Shown piece after piece: positions 37,415 to 51,003 of a DNA stretch of 64,000 nt. This DNA is from Octopus vulgaris (Eukaryota): the NCBI GenBank assembly GCA_951406725.2, contig OX597815.1, forward strand, positions 172,608,001 to 172,672,000. Direction: 5' to 3'. Numbering within the stretch: position 1 is the stretch's first letter; each line of letters starts with the position of its first letter. The translations under genes and the position numbers were made by a program. The notes beneath the pieces were generated by a model. That model had not been told where the DNA came from, did not search any database, and saw only the letters and a program-made list of their open reading frames with translations.

Positions 37415-39316
37415 TAATGAATTCTTTTTGTTTTGTTTTTTTTTTTTTCAAAATGTGTAATCTTTAATAACTTCAAACAATTTAGTTGTGTGTTGAGGGT
37501 GGGGGAAATTGATTTCTCACACTTTAAAATAATTTTCATCCTTAATTTTTTTTTTTGAAGAAGAATTTTCTTAGCATTTTCATTTTTAATAGATATTTTC
37601 ACTAGTAGTTTTGTTCCTTTTTTTCTTTTTTTTTTTTCAAAATCTTTTATGTTATTTGGAAGTAAAAGCCATTATCACTTCTTATATATTTTTTTCTTCT
37701 CACTCTGCATATTGTTGTCACCCTGTTCAGCTATTGACTCCTAGCTGTGTGAGAGAATTAGTGGAGGCAGCCATTTTTGCCAACATTTTTCAACCAGTCA
37801 AATTTTAAAAAGAAATTTTTGAAAGGTGTACTTTATTTATAGGTTGTGTTTCTCCATACAAAACGTTGCTGCAGTTTAGATGCACAAGAGGGCATCATTG
37901 AGGGCTTGGTTGCAACTGGGATTCTTTTCTTTTTAAGTCTCTTACTTCTTTTCCTCTCTCTCTCTCTCTCTCGCTCTCTCTCTCTCACTCTCTCTCTCTC
38001 TCTCCAAAGAGATCACTCGCTTGAATATTTTTAGATATCAATGCTGCCATACATCCATCATCAGAGCCAGCAATAGTCACTGTTCTAAACGAACTTCTTT
38101 TTGTTGGTTGGGGCTATACATTGATGTCCATTTGGCTGGGAAAGGGTTAAACGCGTAATACAAATGTATGGAACCAGCAACAATTGGACGCCCCTTTAGC
38201 CCCCAAATAGTTTGCATTGTGTTGTTTTGAAATAGCAGCAGCAGCAGTAGCTGTTTATGTCGACATCATCCCCGCCAACCCTACCCCAAAGCTAGAGCTT
38301 GCATTATTGGAGAATCTTGTGTCTAGTTTAATAGATTTAGAAGAAGGAAGAAAGAAGAAGATAGAAAAAAAAAAAAGAAAAAGTGAAGGAGAAAAGAAAA
38401 GATAAAAGGAAAAGGAAGAAATAGACCACAAAGTAAAGCACAGCTCAACAGGGTGATGTTTACATCAAATTTGAGTTGCTGAAATGTTGGATAATACCAA
38501 AGTGAGTTTATCTGTTATATTTTTGTTTTGCTTTTTTTTCCTTGAATTGTCAACAGCCAATAATAATAAAAAAAAACTTCATAAAAGAACCCCAAATAGG
38601 GATTTGAGTCTCATAAAACTGATGCACATATTGAAGTTGACAACTTCTCGAACAATTAGTAAAATCTTTCTTTGAGCAATCACCATAACTTCTTGTGAAT
38701 TTGAAATGATTTTCTTCTTAATTTGTTTCATTATATTATTATATTATTTATATATATATATTTTGCTCATTCCAGTGAGGTGCCGAAAGTACCAGCAGAT
38801 GGTTGTCTGATGGAATCAGCTGTGTAATTTTGTTCAACTTTTAGACAAAGAAGAGGTTTCAGTAATGATACTGCAGTGGCCTGAAGGGTTTAAGCTGGGT
38901 TTTGGAAGATATTCATATCAACCAAGGTATTTTATGAAGTTAGAGCCACCTGGAGAACAAAGAAATGATAGATAACCACACCCAAGCCTGGCAAGGCTCA
39001 AATTGTTCTCAACCCTGTCAAACTAACTCAAGGAAGCAACAGAGGAGGCATAACTATTACCAGGATTTTCGTTATCATTTGACAGAATATGCCATAAACC
39101 TGATTTAAGAAAATCATTGTTTCTAAACTGCCAGAATGTTGAGAAATCCTAGTAAAGTCGTGTAGTACAACTGTAAAATAGTTATCTCCTTTGACCACGT
39201 TTTGCAGTATAGAAATATTAATAGATGTTAAGTGTGCATATTGCAGCTCATTTCAGCTGCCATACAAATGCTGACATGAGAAATTTTAATAGCTGACATT
39301 CATGCCATCAATATGA

Positions 39317-39772
39317 TTAGATGTCTATACTGCCTTCCTTGATAGGTGGGTGTCTCTGGCTTCGGGGAGATGAATAACCTCTTTCGCGTGAGTCCACATG
39401 ATGACTTCGATCACGTCTATCATGTACACCTCGAATATCTGTAAATTCAGGTACTCCTCGAGGAGCACCTCGATCACTGTCTCTAGGTCGATCGTGTGTC
39501 CTCTCAGAATCATATTCACGATCTTGAAGCATACGCCCACCACCACTACTTCCACGTTCATGTAACTGTCTTTCTGGAGAATCACCGTGGAGCTGGGCCT
39601 CGCGTGACAATGAACTTGACATGATATTTGTATGAGAGGAGTGATGTTTGGGTTCATTTTGAGGGTTCATGGAAGCTGGGTGAGTGGCTCGCCAGTAGCG
39701 TTCAAGATATTCAGCTAAATGTTGGCAGGCGTCGTCTAGCTGGTTTTCATCTAGGATCACATCAAACATTTC
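39317..39772 (-). CDS. CACNB: Voltage-gated Ca2+ channel beta subunit, last coding exon (end of GK domain and variable C-terminus)
   Basis: tttacag|[41 protein letters not shown] is the Cav-beta signature. TAA at 39319-39317. Confidence 0.97.
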   Translation of the reverse strand, partial: EMFDVILDENQLDDACQHLAEYLERYWRATHPASMNPQNEPKHHSSHTNIMSSSLSREAQLHGDSPERQLHERGSSGGGRMLQDREYDSERTHDRPRDSDRGAPRGVPEFTDIRGVHDRRDRSHHVDSRERGYSSPRSQRHPPIKEGSIDI

Positions 39773-40624
39773 CTGTAAAGAAAAAATTTAAACAAATATA
39801 TCAAACAGAATATATAAAAAAACTATTTTCTCATATAATTTTTACTAATTTAACCTCTCATAAACATCTCAATCTTCAACTACCACAATTAGCATGGTCT
39901 TAATTTTAAAATTTATTCATGCATCAATAATTCATTCTTGAATATTTCATTTCCCCATCTCACAAAAATATTTTCCAAATTCTTTAAAGCATTTTAAAGT
40001 GAAGTCCACCAACTAATAATGAATCAATAATGCAAATCATCTCTAATAAATAAGGCAAATCATCTCTAATTGTTTTATCACATCATGTCACTTATTTCGT
40101 AAACGGAGGCATCAATGTTAGTTTTTAGTAGTTTGGTAAACTGTATTTTTAGTGTTCAAGTGACAAGAGAGTAGCTGTGAAACTCAGGTGGAATAAATAC
40201 TCTGCTCACTGTTACTTCTAACTACATACACACCAATACAAATGGTATTACTCTTCACTATTTCACTATTCCTTTACCTATGCATATTGGTGTCATCTAT
40301 ATGCAACAAGCAATCCCTGTCACACACTGATAACTACTACGAACAGAAGCCTTCAAAACATCCTGTAATCAGACTATAGCAACCTGATTTCATTTAATGG
40401 CACCAAGATGCAGTCATTTATTACATATATCAAAGAAACATAGCTATAACACTACATTCACCTTACTCATGAACAAATATGTAACACCTTCATTCAAGTG
40501 ATAGGCATTGAAATTTCTGAAAGTCTGATCACACATCTATAACAGACAAAGTGATATCACAAAACTAGGTGTCTTTGCTGACCTTCTACAAAACACAAAC
40601 GTACCTCACATTGCAGTACTACTA

Positions 40625-40953
40625 GGACCCCCTTCAGTCATGACTGACCATAGGATTGCACCTAGAGAGTTACCCTCCCAGGCACAAGTCCAGGCAAGGT
40701 TGTTTATGGAAGACCAGCAGTCGCCCATGCATACCAGCCTCCCCTCTTCATGCCACCGATGTTGGGAAAGGCAAAGGCTGTTAAAGCTTGGCACCTGTGA
40801 TGTTGCAACTCATTTCTACAGCTGAGTGAACTGGAACAACATGAAATAAAGTGTCTTGCTCAAGAACACAATACGCAGCCCGGTCCAGGATTCGAACTCA
40901 TGACCCCACAATTGTAAGCTCGATGCTCTAACCGCTGAGCCATGCACCTTCAC
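40625..40953 (-). mobile_element. Full-length SINE family C with 19-bp target-site duplication
   Basis: Flanks CTCACATTGCAGTACTACT (40605-40623) and CTCACATTGTAGTACTGCT (40955-40973). Intact box A/B (TGGCTCAGCGG, GAGTTCGAATCC). Confidence 0.92.
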
Positions 40954-41619
40954 TCTCACATTGTAGTACTGCTCATGTATTTGGGATAGAGCAACTTCAT
41001 TCCAGTGGATTCTACTATTCAAAACTAGAAAGCTATGCGTCACTCCATCTAAAGTATTTCAATGTATTCCTCTCTCTTCCTATCATCATCCTATTTTGTA
41101 TCTGATTGCTCAACTAGCAAAAAATAAATAAATAAATTCTTTTCAATCTTTCCTTGATGGAACTCCCATCATGTCCAAATTTCCCATTTAAATTTTAACG
41201 TTCAGAAGCTGAAGTTCTGTTGACTTTGTTAACCTCACTTGACTGGAAGGATTTGTAATACTTTTGAGTAAAACTGCTCTTCCTCAAACTAACAAGAAAG
41301 CAGTCATATTCAATCAGAAATAAATGTACATCCTGTCAATATACCAGGCTCAATAAAATAAGTATTATATATGTACTAAATTATTCTAACATAATAATAA
41401 ACTAATTCAATAAATTAGGTTCTGGGTATGACTTTAAACTGTATCCACAAGTGGAATTCTGGTTTGGGAGTTCCAGAGTTTTGAGGGGAAGCCACTATTA
41501 ATCTCACGTCTATCCTGACATGGAGTAGTAGCACCTGTCAGAGTTCCAGCTCTGGGTTAAAGTAGCTTGTAACCACCTTAGCCATGGGAAATCATGGGAT
41601 GCGGTATTGTGGACATTTA

Positions 41620-41845
41620 TGGCAGCAAGCTGGCAGAAATGTTAGCATGTCGGGCGAAATACTTTGCAGTATGTCATCTGTCTTTACGTTCTGAGTTCAA
41701 ATTCCACCTAGGTCAACTTTGTCTTTCATCCTTTCAGGGATGATAAATTAAGTACCAGTTACGTACTGAGGTCGATGTAATTGACTTAAACCCTTTGTCT
41801 GTCCCTTCTATGTTTAGCCCCTTGTGGGCGATAAAGAAATAAGTA
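41620..41845 (+). mobile_element. SINE family A copy
   Basis: Colinear with 1068-1250. Confidence 0.8.
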
Positions 41846-42094
41846 TGGTGGACATGAACTATTTTGGCAGATGAACTTATTGGAGTAAAAGGTGAATGTC
41901 AGATGCTGAGCAGATGAACAGTTAACAAACTGTCAATTAACAAACTACTGTTATCATCTGTAGTCATGGCACGTACAGATGAGATATTTCAGCTAATGAA
42001 AGATGAATGTGACTAAAACTCAGGGCAAACATTCATGCTTCATTGCTCGAATAGGATGTCTTGCATGGAAGAGAAAAATACATTGGTCTGGAAA

Positions 42095-43280
42095 TAATAA
42101 TAGTTTCTGATTTAGGTACAATGTCAGCAATTTTGAGGAGAAGTGATTAGATGATGCTAGTGACCCTAGTACATGACTGGTACTTTATTTTATCAACTCC
42201 ATTGAGGTGAAAGGTAAAGTTGACTTTGGTGGAATTTGAATTCAGAACATCAAAGAGCCAGGTGAAACACCACACAGTACTTTCTCCAATATGCTAATGA
42301 TTCTGCCCCTGCCAATCTAGTACTGTCAACTCAGCCAGTTTTCTGTCAATGCATTGTTACTCATTGTTACTCATTTAGGCCAGCAAGTTTTAGAGGAGGG
42401 TGTTAGACTACACTGTCAATGCCAAAGATTTCAAAAGGATGAAAGGCAAAGTTGACCTTGGGGATGATTTGAAGTCAGGATGTAAAGAGTGAGAAGAAAT
42501 GTAGCATAGCATTTCGTCTGACATTCTAACAAATTCTGCAAGTTTGCCACACTTAATAATTTCTAATTTAGGCACAAGACCAGCCAGTACTTGATCAGGT
42601 CAAGTATGGAGACATGTGCCATTGCTGCATCTACCACTTGTTTGTATTTGCTGATGTCATTGAAAGGCAACACTCAAAGCAGTGTCTCAGTCAGTCCCCA
42701 TCTCCAAGAGACACTTCCTCATCTATTGTAACCATGTAGAGTGTGATTAGCCAGCACAAGCCATCAATCCAGATGGATTTTCAGAAAAGAGAACATGATA
42801 TGCAGGATCCAACTCAGAAAACTGAGCAACATGATCAAACAGTCTGAGCTGACACTCTCGAATCACACAAGTAACAGGACAACCAATGGTAACCCATAAT
42901 CCTGCAAAGCCTCCTGGTACTAAAGGGGTTCAGACAGCTCCTAAGGGCCCCAAACAATGTCCAAATCTTGCAACTATAGGGCAAGATGGGGTACTTCATT
43001 TTATTGAGCTCAAAAGTATGAAAGTTGACCTTGGCAGGATATGAACTCAGAATTTATTAATGATTCTTTCAAATTTTGGCACAAGGCCAGCAATTTTAGC
43101 AGAAGATGATTCATTGATATCAATCCCAATAATTGGCTAGTAATTTATTTTATTGACCCTGAAAGGATGAAAGGCAAAGTTGACCTCTGCATGATATGGA
43201 TTCAGAATGTAAAGAACCGGAAGAAATGTCACAAAGCATTTTGTTCAATGCACTAGAGATTCTGCCAACTCACTACCGTA
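42095..43280 (-). mobile_element. Cluster of several minus-strand SINE family A fragments around an unassigned core (~42600-42980)
   Basis: Repeated GGATGAAAGGCAAAGTTGACC and GAA.TCAGAA motifs. Confidence 0.65.
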
Positions 43281-43625
43281 ACACTGCTGACACTGACGAT
43301 GATGATGATGATGATGATGATGCCAACATCAATGATGGGATGATGATGATGATGACAATTTATAACATAGGTAAAAGGCCACAGGTCTTATGGGAAGATC
43401 ATTCTTGATTAGATCACCTTTAATACTTAACTGATACTTATTTTATTGATTTTATTTTATTGATCCAATGCAGATGTGATTTGAACGCATAATATAACTA
43501 AACAGTACAAGGTATTTAAATTATTGCTAAACTGTTACCGTTATGTTATTGTTCTTTTTAAAACATAATATCAAGGTCATGATTACAACAAGATATATTC
43601 AGCCTTTGACTGAAAACACTAAAAG

Positions 43626-43836
43626 TACGGTGTTTAGCAACATACAAGCCAACATAGTATACAGTGTAAATATATAGCGTGAATATACAAACATCATCAC
43701 TATCTTTCCAAATCCTGCTGCATTTCACAGAGAATTTTTGATCCTCCAAAGTTTTCTCGGTGTATACATCAACCTATCTTTTTTGGCAGTAATTTTTGGT
43801 CTGAAAAATTTGACTTGTATGCCAGCAAATACAGTA
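43626..43836. mobile_element. Tc1/mariner-pogo type MITE (TA-flanked)
   Basis: TACGGTGTTTAGCAACATACAAGCC ... GACTTGTATGCCAGCAAATACAGTA, imperfect 25-bp inverted termini. Confidence 0.7.
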
Positions 43837-43869
43837 AAAGTAAAAATAGTGTAAGTGTAAAATACGTAA

Positions 43870-44520
43870 CTTCTTTCCTGCAAGTGGTTGCAATCAAAAT
43901 GTGTTTTATAATGCCACCCCAAGATTCTCTATGGTGGGTCCTCAGTTTTATGCAGAATATGTCTCTATCAAGAACATGAGTGTAGTTGAGTCGTCTTCAT
44001 CTTCTATTAGGGTGTGGGTATCTTAAAAATGTAATATCTGATATGACTTGTTGTTCAGCACACTAGCTGTAGCCTGCATTGAGCAACAGAAGTAGAGATG
44101 AGTGGAATGTGTCCATAAATCTCCTCTCAGGTATTGTGTGCTCATGCTATGAAATGTTTTGTGTCTTCATGAGAAGTATAATATGCTTATCATCAAAATA
44201 GTCTTGACGTTCTTTCTTCGCAGTCCAGGCTTCAGCTCCATAGAGAAAAATGAGTTTACGCATTCTCTGAAAATGGCAAATCTTGTTGACTTTGAAACAT
44301 TTGACAGCCAAATGTTGAGAAGCTTGTTACGAGCAGTCTAGATTTGTCCAATGCATGCAAAGGAAGTATCTAAATCAATGACCTCCTTCCAAAGATGGCA
44401 TGCAGTATCATCTTTGGAACAGATTGACAGATGGCTTTCATCTATGTTGGTGATCATGTAATCAGCCTCTTTTCTATTGAGAAACAGGTCGACTTTGGCT
44501 GCGGCATTTTCATGATTGCA
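43870..44520 (-). mobile_element. Decayed RTE-clade LINE fragment (RT C-terminal region)
   Basis: 'ENAAAKVDLFLNRKEADYM', 'NKLLNIWLSNVSKSTRFAIFRECV', then frameshifted 'LYGAEAWT'. Confidence 0.75.
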
Positions 44521-44614
44521 ATTGAGAAATTAAACACAACAAAACATATTCTGTTCAACAAAAGAAAACAATTCACATTGAATAAATAGTATAAGTGTGA
44601 AATATGAAACTTAC

Positions 44615-44710
44615 AGGACTGCATTGTGCCAGCTTGTCTGCTGCTACAAGTTGAACATTCATATTTCTACTTTGAGATTTACCACGGGACTTAATTAATC
44701 GCTGAAGGAC
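44615..44710 (-). CDS. CACNB: CACNB exon (GK domain; [32 protein letters not shown])
   Basis: ttttag|...|gtaagt, 96 nt, phase 0-0. Missed by the ORF track because it is short. Confidence 0.97.
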
Positions 44711-45034
44711 CTAAAAAAGAGTGAAAATTCAAAATCCAATATGAATGCACAGAAGACAAACTTTAAGATTTATATTGTATAAATCACTACCATTTAATGT
44801 TCACTCATACATGCTTGCATAGATTAGATGGAATTTTTTGAGGCAGATTTCCAACAGCATGGTGCTATTCCTGTCATCAACCATTACCTCTTTCCAAACA
44901 AAATGGCATTTCCCCTTGGCTTGAAATGTTTTCCATGGTAGGCAGGAAATGAATAACGTTGTTTGTGTGATGGTGATGCTTATTTTAAACCATCACATGC
45001 TGCCAAGATAAGACACACACACACACACATACAA

Positions 45035-45077
<43 letters not shown>

Positions 45078-45840
45078 AGTATGCATGCATGCACACATGC
45101 ATGCAAATACAACAAGTTTCTTTCAGATTCAATCTACCAAATCTACTCACAAGGCTTTAATCGGCCAGGAGCTATAGTAGAAGATGCTTGCCTTGAGGTT
45201 CCACACAGTGGGACTGAATCTGAGATCACTTGGTTCAAGTCTTTTTGTGAACATAGTTGGAAATGACATATCCTTGGTAGTTTTTACAATATATAGTTTC
45301 ATGCTTACTAAACAGATCTTTTGGTGCAATATTATTTTGTGAAGAGTCAGTTTCTGACCATATTACCCTGACCATCACTTTCTCCAAAGTACAATCTCAG
45401 ACTATATTTATGTCTAGTGTGTATGTGTATATGTACACACACACACTCACACACACATACATACACACAACTAAGTTTATTATAGAAGATAATGATAATA
45501 AATGTCATTGTACATTTTCCTCCTTAAGAGTAGTTAAAACACATGGCCTTCCCCATTAGTTCTACCACAGAATAACATGAATAAAATCAAGTAAACAATA
45601 AATATAAATGAATAAATGCATGTGGTTAAGAAGTTTGCTTTGATACCATGTGGTCAGTGTTTCAGTCCCACTGTAGGGATATTGTTGGTTAATATCCTAT
45701 ACTATAGACATAGGTCAACCAGTATTTGCGAATGAAATTGGTGTACAAAATCTGAAGAAGTCTGTGTGTGAGCATCTGAAGCTTCAAAGTCACTATCAAC
45801 ACTCTTGTAAAAGTAGAACACACACGCACGCACGCACGCG

Positions 45841-45928
<88 letters not shown>

Positions 45929-46114
45929 AATATATATTATATATAAATGCAGAACAATGGTAAGGAAGATAATGTACACCAGTATGTATTTTCAGTCCAA
46001 AAAAGAATTGAACTTAAGGCCCTTTAATAAGTAACACCACTGGACTACATAACGAAAGATATGTAAACCATAAACATGACTAAAAAGAAAAAAATATACA
46101 TATATAAAAATATA

Positions 46115-46420
46115 ACTGGCATTTTGTTGGTTATAACGACGAGAGTTCCAGTTAACCCGATCAACAGAACAGCCTACTCATGAAATTAACATGCAAGTGG
46201 TTGAGCACTCCACAGACACCCCTAACATAGATCTCAGGGAAATTCAGTATGACAAAGAATGTGACAAGGCTGGCCCCTTTAAATTACAAGTACTACTCAT
46301 TTTCGCCAGCTGTGTAAACTGAAGCAATGTGAAAAAGGTGTCTTGCTCAAGGATACAACATGCCGTTGGTAATCGAACTCCCAACCTTATGATCATGAGC
46401 TGAATCCCCATAACCACTAA
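46115..46420 (-). mobile_element. tRNA-derived SINE, family D
   Basis: Minus strand has GAGTTCGATTACC box B followed by TCCTTGAGCAAGACAC core, with a different 3' half from family C. Confidence 0.65.
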
Positions 46421-47535
46421 ACAACCTGATTTTCTATATAAATATAAAATGTAGCTTATTATAGAAGATAAAGGATATTGTTTCCTAGGAGCCTCGGAAA
46501 AGATCTGAAGTAAAGTGAATTTTGCATTAAATGAGCTCTGATGCATCAATTGAATATCTCATTTAGTTTATCCTAGGATAGTCAAACAGTTTTTGCTATG
46601 TTGGATATCATAGCTGGATAAATCTAAAAGAACAGAGGTTACAGGATTTCATTTTAAAGCAAGTTTCAGAATACCAACTTATTTCCTGGTGGGGAATATT
46701 ATGAGAGTAGAAACAGAATGGGAGCATTCCCAGTTGCATGAGCTGCAAAGCGGTTGCAATTCCTGGGAAGTATTCTAAAGTATTCTAAACCATGGGTACA
46801 TAATTGACTATTTTGGCCCACAACTCTACTAAAGACAGATTTGAAGATGCTGGTAATGCATTTGTTAAGATGTTGTTGTTTATTGTCATTAATGCAATTA
46901 AAGGTACAACGCTGTTGTACAATTCCCCAAAACAATTTCTACTCATAGAACAAGCAAGTCAAGAAAAGATTAGGCTTTGGTAAGGTACTATAAACTTGGA
47001 ATGATCTTAAGCTAATGCCTGAGTTAACTATTTTTATATAGTGATTACTCCAAGGGCAGCTGATTTCAATCCTGACATCAGAGATGAATTCCAACAATGT
47101 ACAGTGGTCAAAGTAAATGGCACCTCATGAAACCATTTTGCATAGCATACTCAATCTATCAAAGGTACCTCCTCTCCTCTCTCCTGTACGTTTTTGTGCA
47201 GGAGCTGTTGTTATAGAGACTGGAGATATTGAGCATCTTGAACTGTAACATAGGAGTGTCATGTCTATACAACATAGATGATGTTAGCATCACTGTGGTG
47301 GACTTTGGAAAACAATATAGTCAGCAACATACTCTTTTGCTGGCTTCTGTGTTTTTAAAATATTCATTGAAATATTTTTCACATCAGATAATTCGTAGGA
47401 TTATTATTTTTTAAGTTTCACTTTTTATCACACATTTTACTGCTTTTTAAAAATGATATATGAAGAAAAAATACAACTTTAAAGTAGGGAAAAAATCCAA
47501 AAGAATTTTGAAAAGGTATTGCTGAGAATACTTAC

Positions 47536-47687
47536 TTTAGGTGAAGAGATCTTTACGTAGACAACTATAGGAGCAAGGGAGGTTTTGGCCAGCTGCGAGG
47601 GATGGTTTATGGTGTCACAATCAAGTACCACCATTTGCAACCCCCTAGCTAACTGAAATATTCTTTCTATTTCTTCTTGGACTTCCA
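47536..47687 (-). CDS. CACNB: CACNB exon (GK domain; [50 protein letters not shown])
   Basis: tttcag|...|gtaagt, 152 nt, phase 1 to 0. Confidence 0.97.
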
Positions 47688-47846
47688 CTGAAAGAAAGAA
47701 AATTGAATTTATTAACTTCAAGTCTCTAATATAAAAAGTCATGCTTAATGATTTGAAGATCACGTATACCAGTAATTTAATTTGTACCGTGTAGTGTTTA
47801 ATTCAGTTCAATTTATTGATATTGTACATAAATGCAATGAAAAGTA

Positions 47847-48842
47847 CAGGATGGAAGGGGTGTTTGAAGACATTTAATGATCAGGATACTGCTCCTTTCA
47901 AGCTAATTAAAAGGTTTATTTTTTTCAAATTCCCCCATGACAGGTAAAATGTTATCTGAAGACAAGAAATGAAAAGAAATGCAGTCAGACACTATAAGGA
48001 CACTGCAATTCATCCAGAAGGTTCAAAACATTATCGCTGTGATCCCAGAAAATCAATGAGAGACATAGACAAAGAATTCCAGATGTTGGAGTGGATTATC
48101 AGAACTGATACACAAGGACATTCAATACAAGTCATATGTATTGAAGAGTGGCCAATTCATGTCTGTAAAGACACAGGGTCTGTGCCAAACAATTACATAA
48201 CAAGGTTAAAATCACTTGCAAACACAACATGCTTTGGTTCTTCTCTAGCGAGAAAAACTTTGAGCAAAACCAAAAGACTAACAGGGGAAATGACAGATAC
48301 TTATGTGCAAAGCCTTCAGATGTTCCCTGAGATGTAATAGTTTTAGAAGTTGTGAATAATGAAGGTCACATCACATCCTTCCACAGGGTCTTAGAATTAA
48401 TACTGCTGGATATGTTGACATACTGGAGATTGTTGTATGGATGAACTACCTTCATGCAAAGCCCATATAATCCAAGAATAGATGTCAGGCAATCTTTACC
48501 AACATAAAATATTCAACTTGTCTCCAAACTCGCCAGGTTTAAATCCCAAGGACTACTATGTTTGGAGCACTGTTGAAAGGAAGACTAAACATCTTAACAA
48601 TACCACAGCTTCAGTGAAGTTGTCATTGTCCAAATGACGACAGAAATAGATAAGGACCATTTAGTGAAGGTGTGTCAATGATTCTGGTCTTGCATTGAAA
48701 CAGTCATTGGAGATGAAGGAGGATTCATGGAATTACTGAGAAAATGCTCACAAACTTTTATTAAAATACATTTAGTTTTTCTTAGATTAAAGTTGTTTAA
48801 TTAAATTACTCAAATACGTCCTTAGATACCTCTTGCACCCTG
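47847..48842 (+). mobile_element. Decayed Tc1/mariner-superfamily transposon, maT (DD37D)-like
   Basis: Imperfect TIRs TA|CAGGATGGAAGGGGTGTTTGAAGAC and GTCCTTAGATACCTCTTGCACCCTG. Remnants 'VVNNEGH' and 'SPNSPGLNPKDYYVWSTVERK'. Confidence 0.75.
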
Positions 48843-49579
48843 AACATTGCCAGTTAAGTTGAAATAAGAGTAATTAATACATATCAATTGCTAATTTGAA
48901 ATAATGAACATATACAGCACAATTGATTGTAATAATAACATAGTTCCACTGAAGCACAAATAAATGTCCATACATGCACAAACATTCTGTTAATTTTAAT
49001 GGTAGTTAAAAATATGAAAACTTCTCTAATCAACAAACTGCACTCGAGGCCTAGATCCTATTCCCAGCAAACGCTTCCGTCTTTCTCTGTATACAGAGAT
49101 ATATCCTAATCTATAAACATATGCAATATTATATCATATCTCTGAGTACAAAATCTCTAGTTCTCAGCCTCCTTTCTAACACTTCAAAGGTAATAAAAAC
49201 AATTGTAAGCAACTATCGCTTTTATCACCTTTAGACTCTTCATCATCTCATTCACCACCAGTACAGTTTCTGTAACAACAGATCTACAACAAAATTATTC
49301 TCCTATATTACACACACCAGTGGTCTCATTCTACAGAGCTCAAGTGTAGTCACATTGGAGTACTATTTGCATATCTAGGATTGTGTTACTGCTGTAAGCT
49401 GATTGCCAAAACCTTTGTTGCAAACAAACTACAATCACTAATCCACAGAAGTATTGTTTCTCTCCTATTTATTGAACATCTTGTAGCTTCTGCATGTCAC
49501 CTATTTTCTAGCACATGCAGTACACCTATCTCCATTCCTTCTGTCTTCCTTACTTTGTTTGACTTCTGAAAACTGTATC

Positions 49580-49807
49580 AACTTTTTAGCATTAATATTA
49601 CTCTGTCAAAAGTAATGCTTATTCATCCACATTGTTTTGAATTAACCATGCATTATCCTGTAACTTTGAGATTTTGATATGGTAACTGTTAATTTTTAAA
49701 ATGATATATTGTAGGATTGGTGTGAGAAATAAGATTTGGCCAATTTGAACATAAAACAAGTGCAATATTTCAGCAGGATATGGTCAGTTTAAATGCTAAA
49801 GGGTTAA
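49580..49807 (+). mobile_element. TTAA-type MITE, family CCCTTTAGCATT
   Basis: Ends AATGCTAAAGGG|TTAA. Colinear with 53935-54152. Confidence 0.75.
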
Positions 49808-50550
49808 ATACTTTCCTCAAGTATGTCACCCCAGAACTTCAGCCTTCTGAAATTCCTTTTCTACAAACATATTCCTAGTACATCCTAAAACATTTCTCCT
49901 CATTTAACATTGATTTATTCACCACTGCTCTGGGATAAAATGGTAATCTTGACTGTTACATATCCTGCTAATCACAAACTGTTCTCTGATAACACTGGTT
50001 AGTGATCAATCAAAAGTTCTATTTAGACCATAAAAGTGTATCTCAGCAACCATCCACAATGCTCAAGACAACTTGGGGTCTCAGAATGAAACCTATTTTT
50101 TCTTGTATGTTCTGTTATTCATTTATCACTGCTTCACTTAATGTGGTGTTTCTTTGGAACAAAATATGCATCATAAACAAAGATAGATGTGGTTATCAAT
50201 CTACAGCAGTTCAAGCTGACCATTAACCGTATTGATGCTCTTCCTAATACCAACCATTTTACAGAGTCTACTGGGAGCTTTTTACATGTTACTGGTACTA
50301 GTGAGGTTATTAAGTAACTCATAAGACAAGACCATCTCAACTGGGGTGGATGGCTAGTATTGAGGGAGATGGTTTCAGGCCAGGTGAGATGTTAAAGTAT
50401 GAGCTTAAGCACAAGATATATTGAGGCATTGACAACTATCTTTAGGACAAGTAAATTCCTGAATCACATTGTGAGTTGCTCAATAATTTTTTGTTTCTAT
50501 TATTGGCAATACCTAGCAGCCAATAACATTAATACCATGTATATATATGG

Positions 50551-50885
50551 GTGAAGCTGCATGGTTCAGTGGTTAGAGCATTGGGCTCAAAATCATGAGG
50601 TAGTGAGTTCGATTCTCAGACCAGACTTGTATTGTGTTCTTGAGCAAGACACCTTATTTCACGTTGCTCTCCAGTTCACTCAGTTGTAGAAATGAGTTGC
50701 AACATCACAGGCACCAAGCTGTATCAGCCTTTGCCTTTTCCTTGAAAAAAATCGGTGGCATGGAGAATGGAGGCTGGTATGCATGGGTGACTGCTGGTCT
50801 TCCATGAATAAGCTTGCCCAGACTTGTGCCTCAGAGGGTAATTATCTAGGTGTAATCCCTTGGTCATTCATGACCTAAAGCGGTC
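50551..50885 (+). mobile_element. SINE family C copy
   Basis: Colinear with 19127-19455. ATATATGGGT at both ends. Confidence 0.85.
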
Positions 50886-51003
50886 GTTATCCTAATATAT
50901 GGGTAGGTTTTATTAATTTTTATAGATTCTTGTTATTTAAAGCATAGAATATAGATTATAATGAAAAATATAACTGATGAACATTGAGAAATCAAAAACT
51001 CAC

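Noticed and set aside
39305-39319. Stop-codon readthrough of CACNB
   Set aside because: TAA in an unfavourable context with an in-frame TGA three codons later.
40870-40953. tRNA gene
   Set aside because: The tRNA-like head continues into a SINE body found at three loci in the window.
46640-46960. Possible LTR-retrotransposon integrase zinc-finger remnant
   Set aside because: Only vague motif resemblance across stops and frameshifts. Not supportable without a search.
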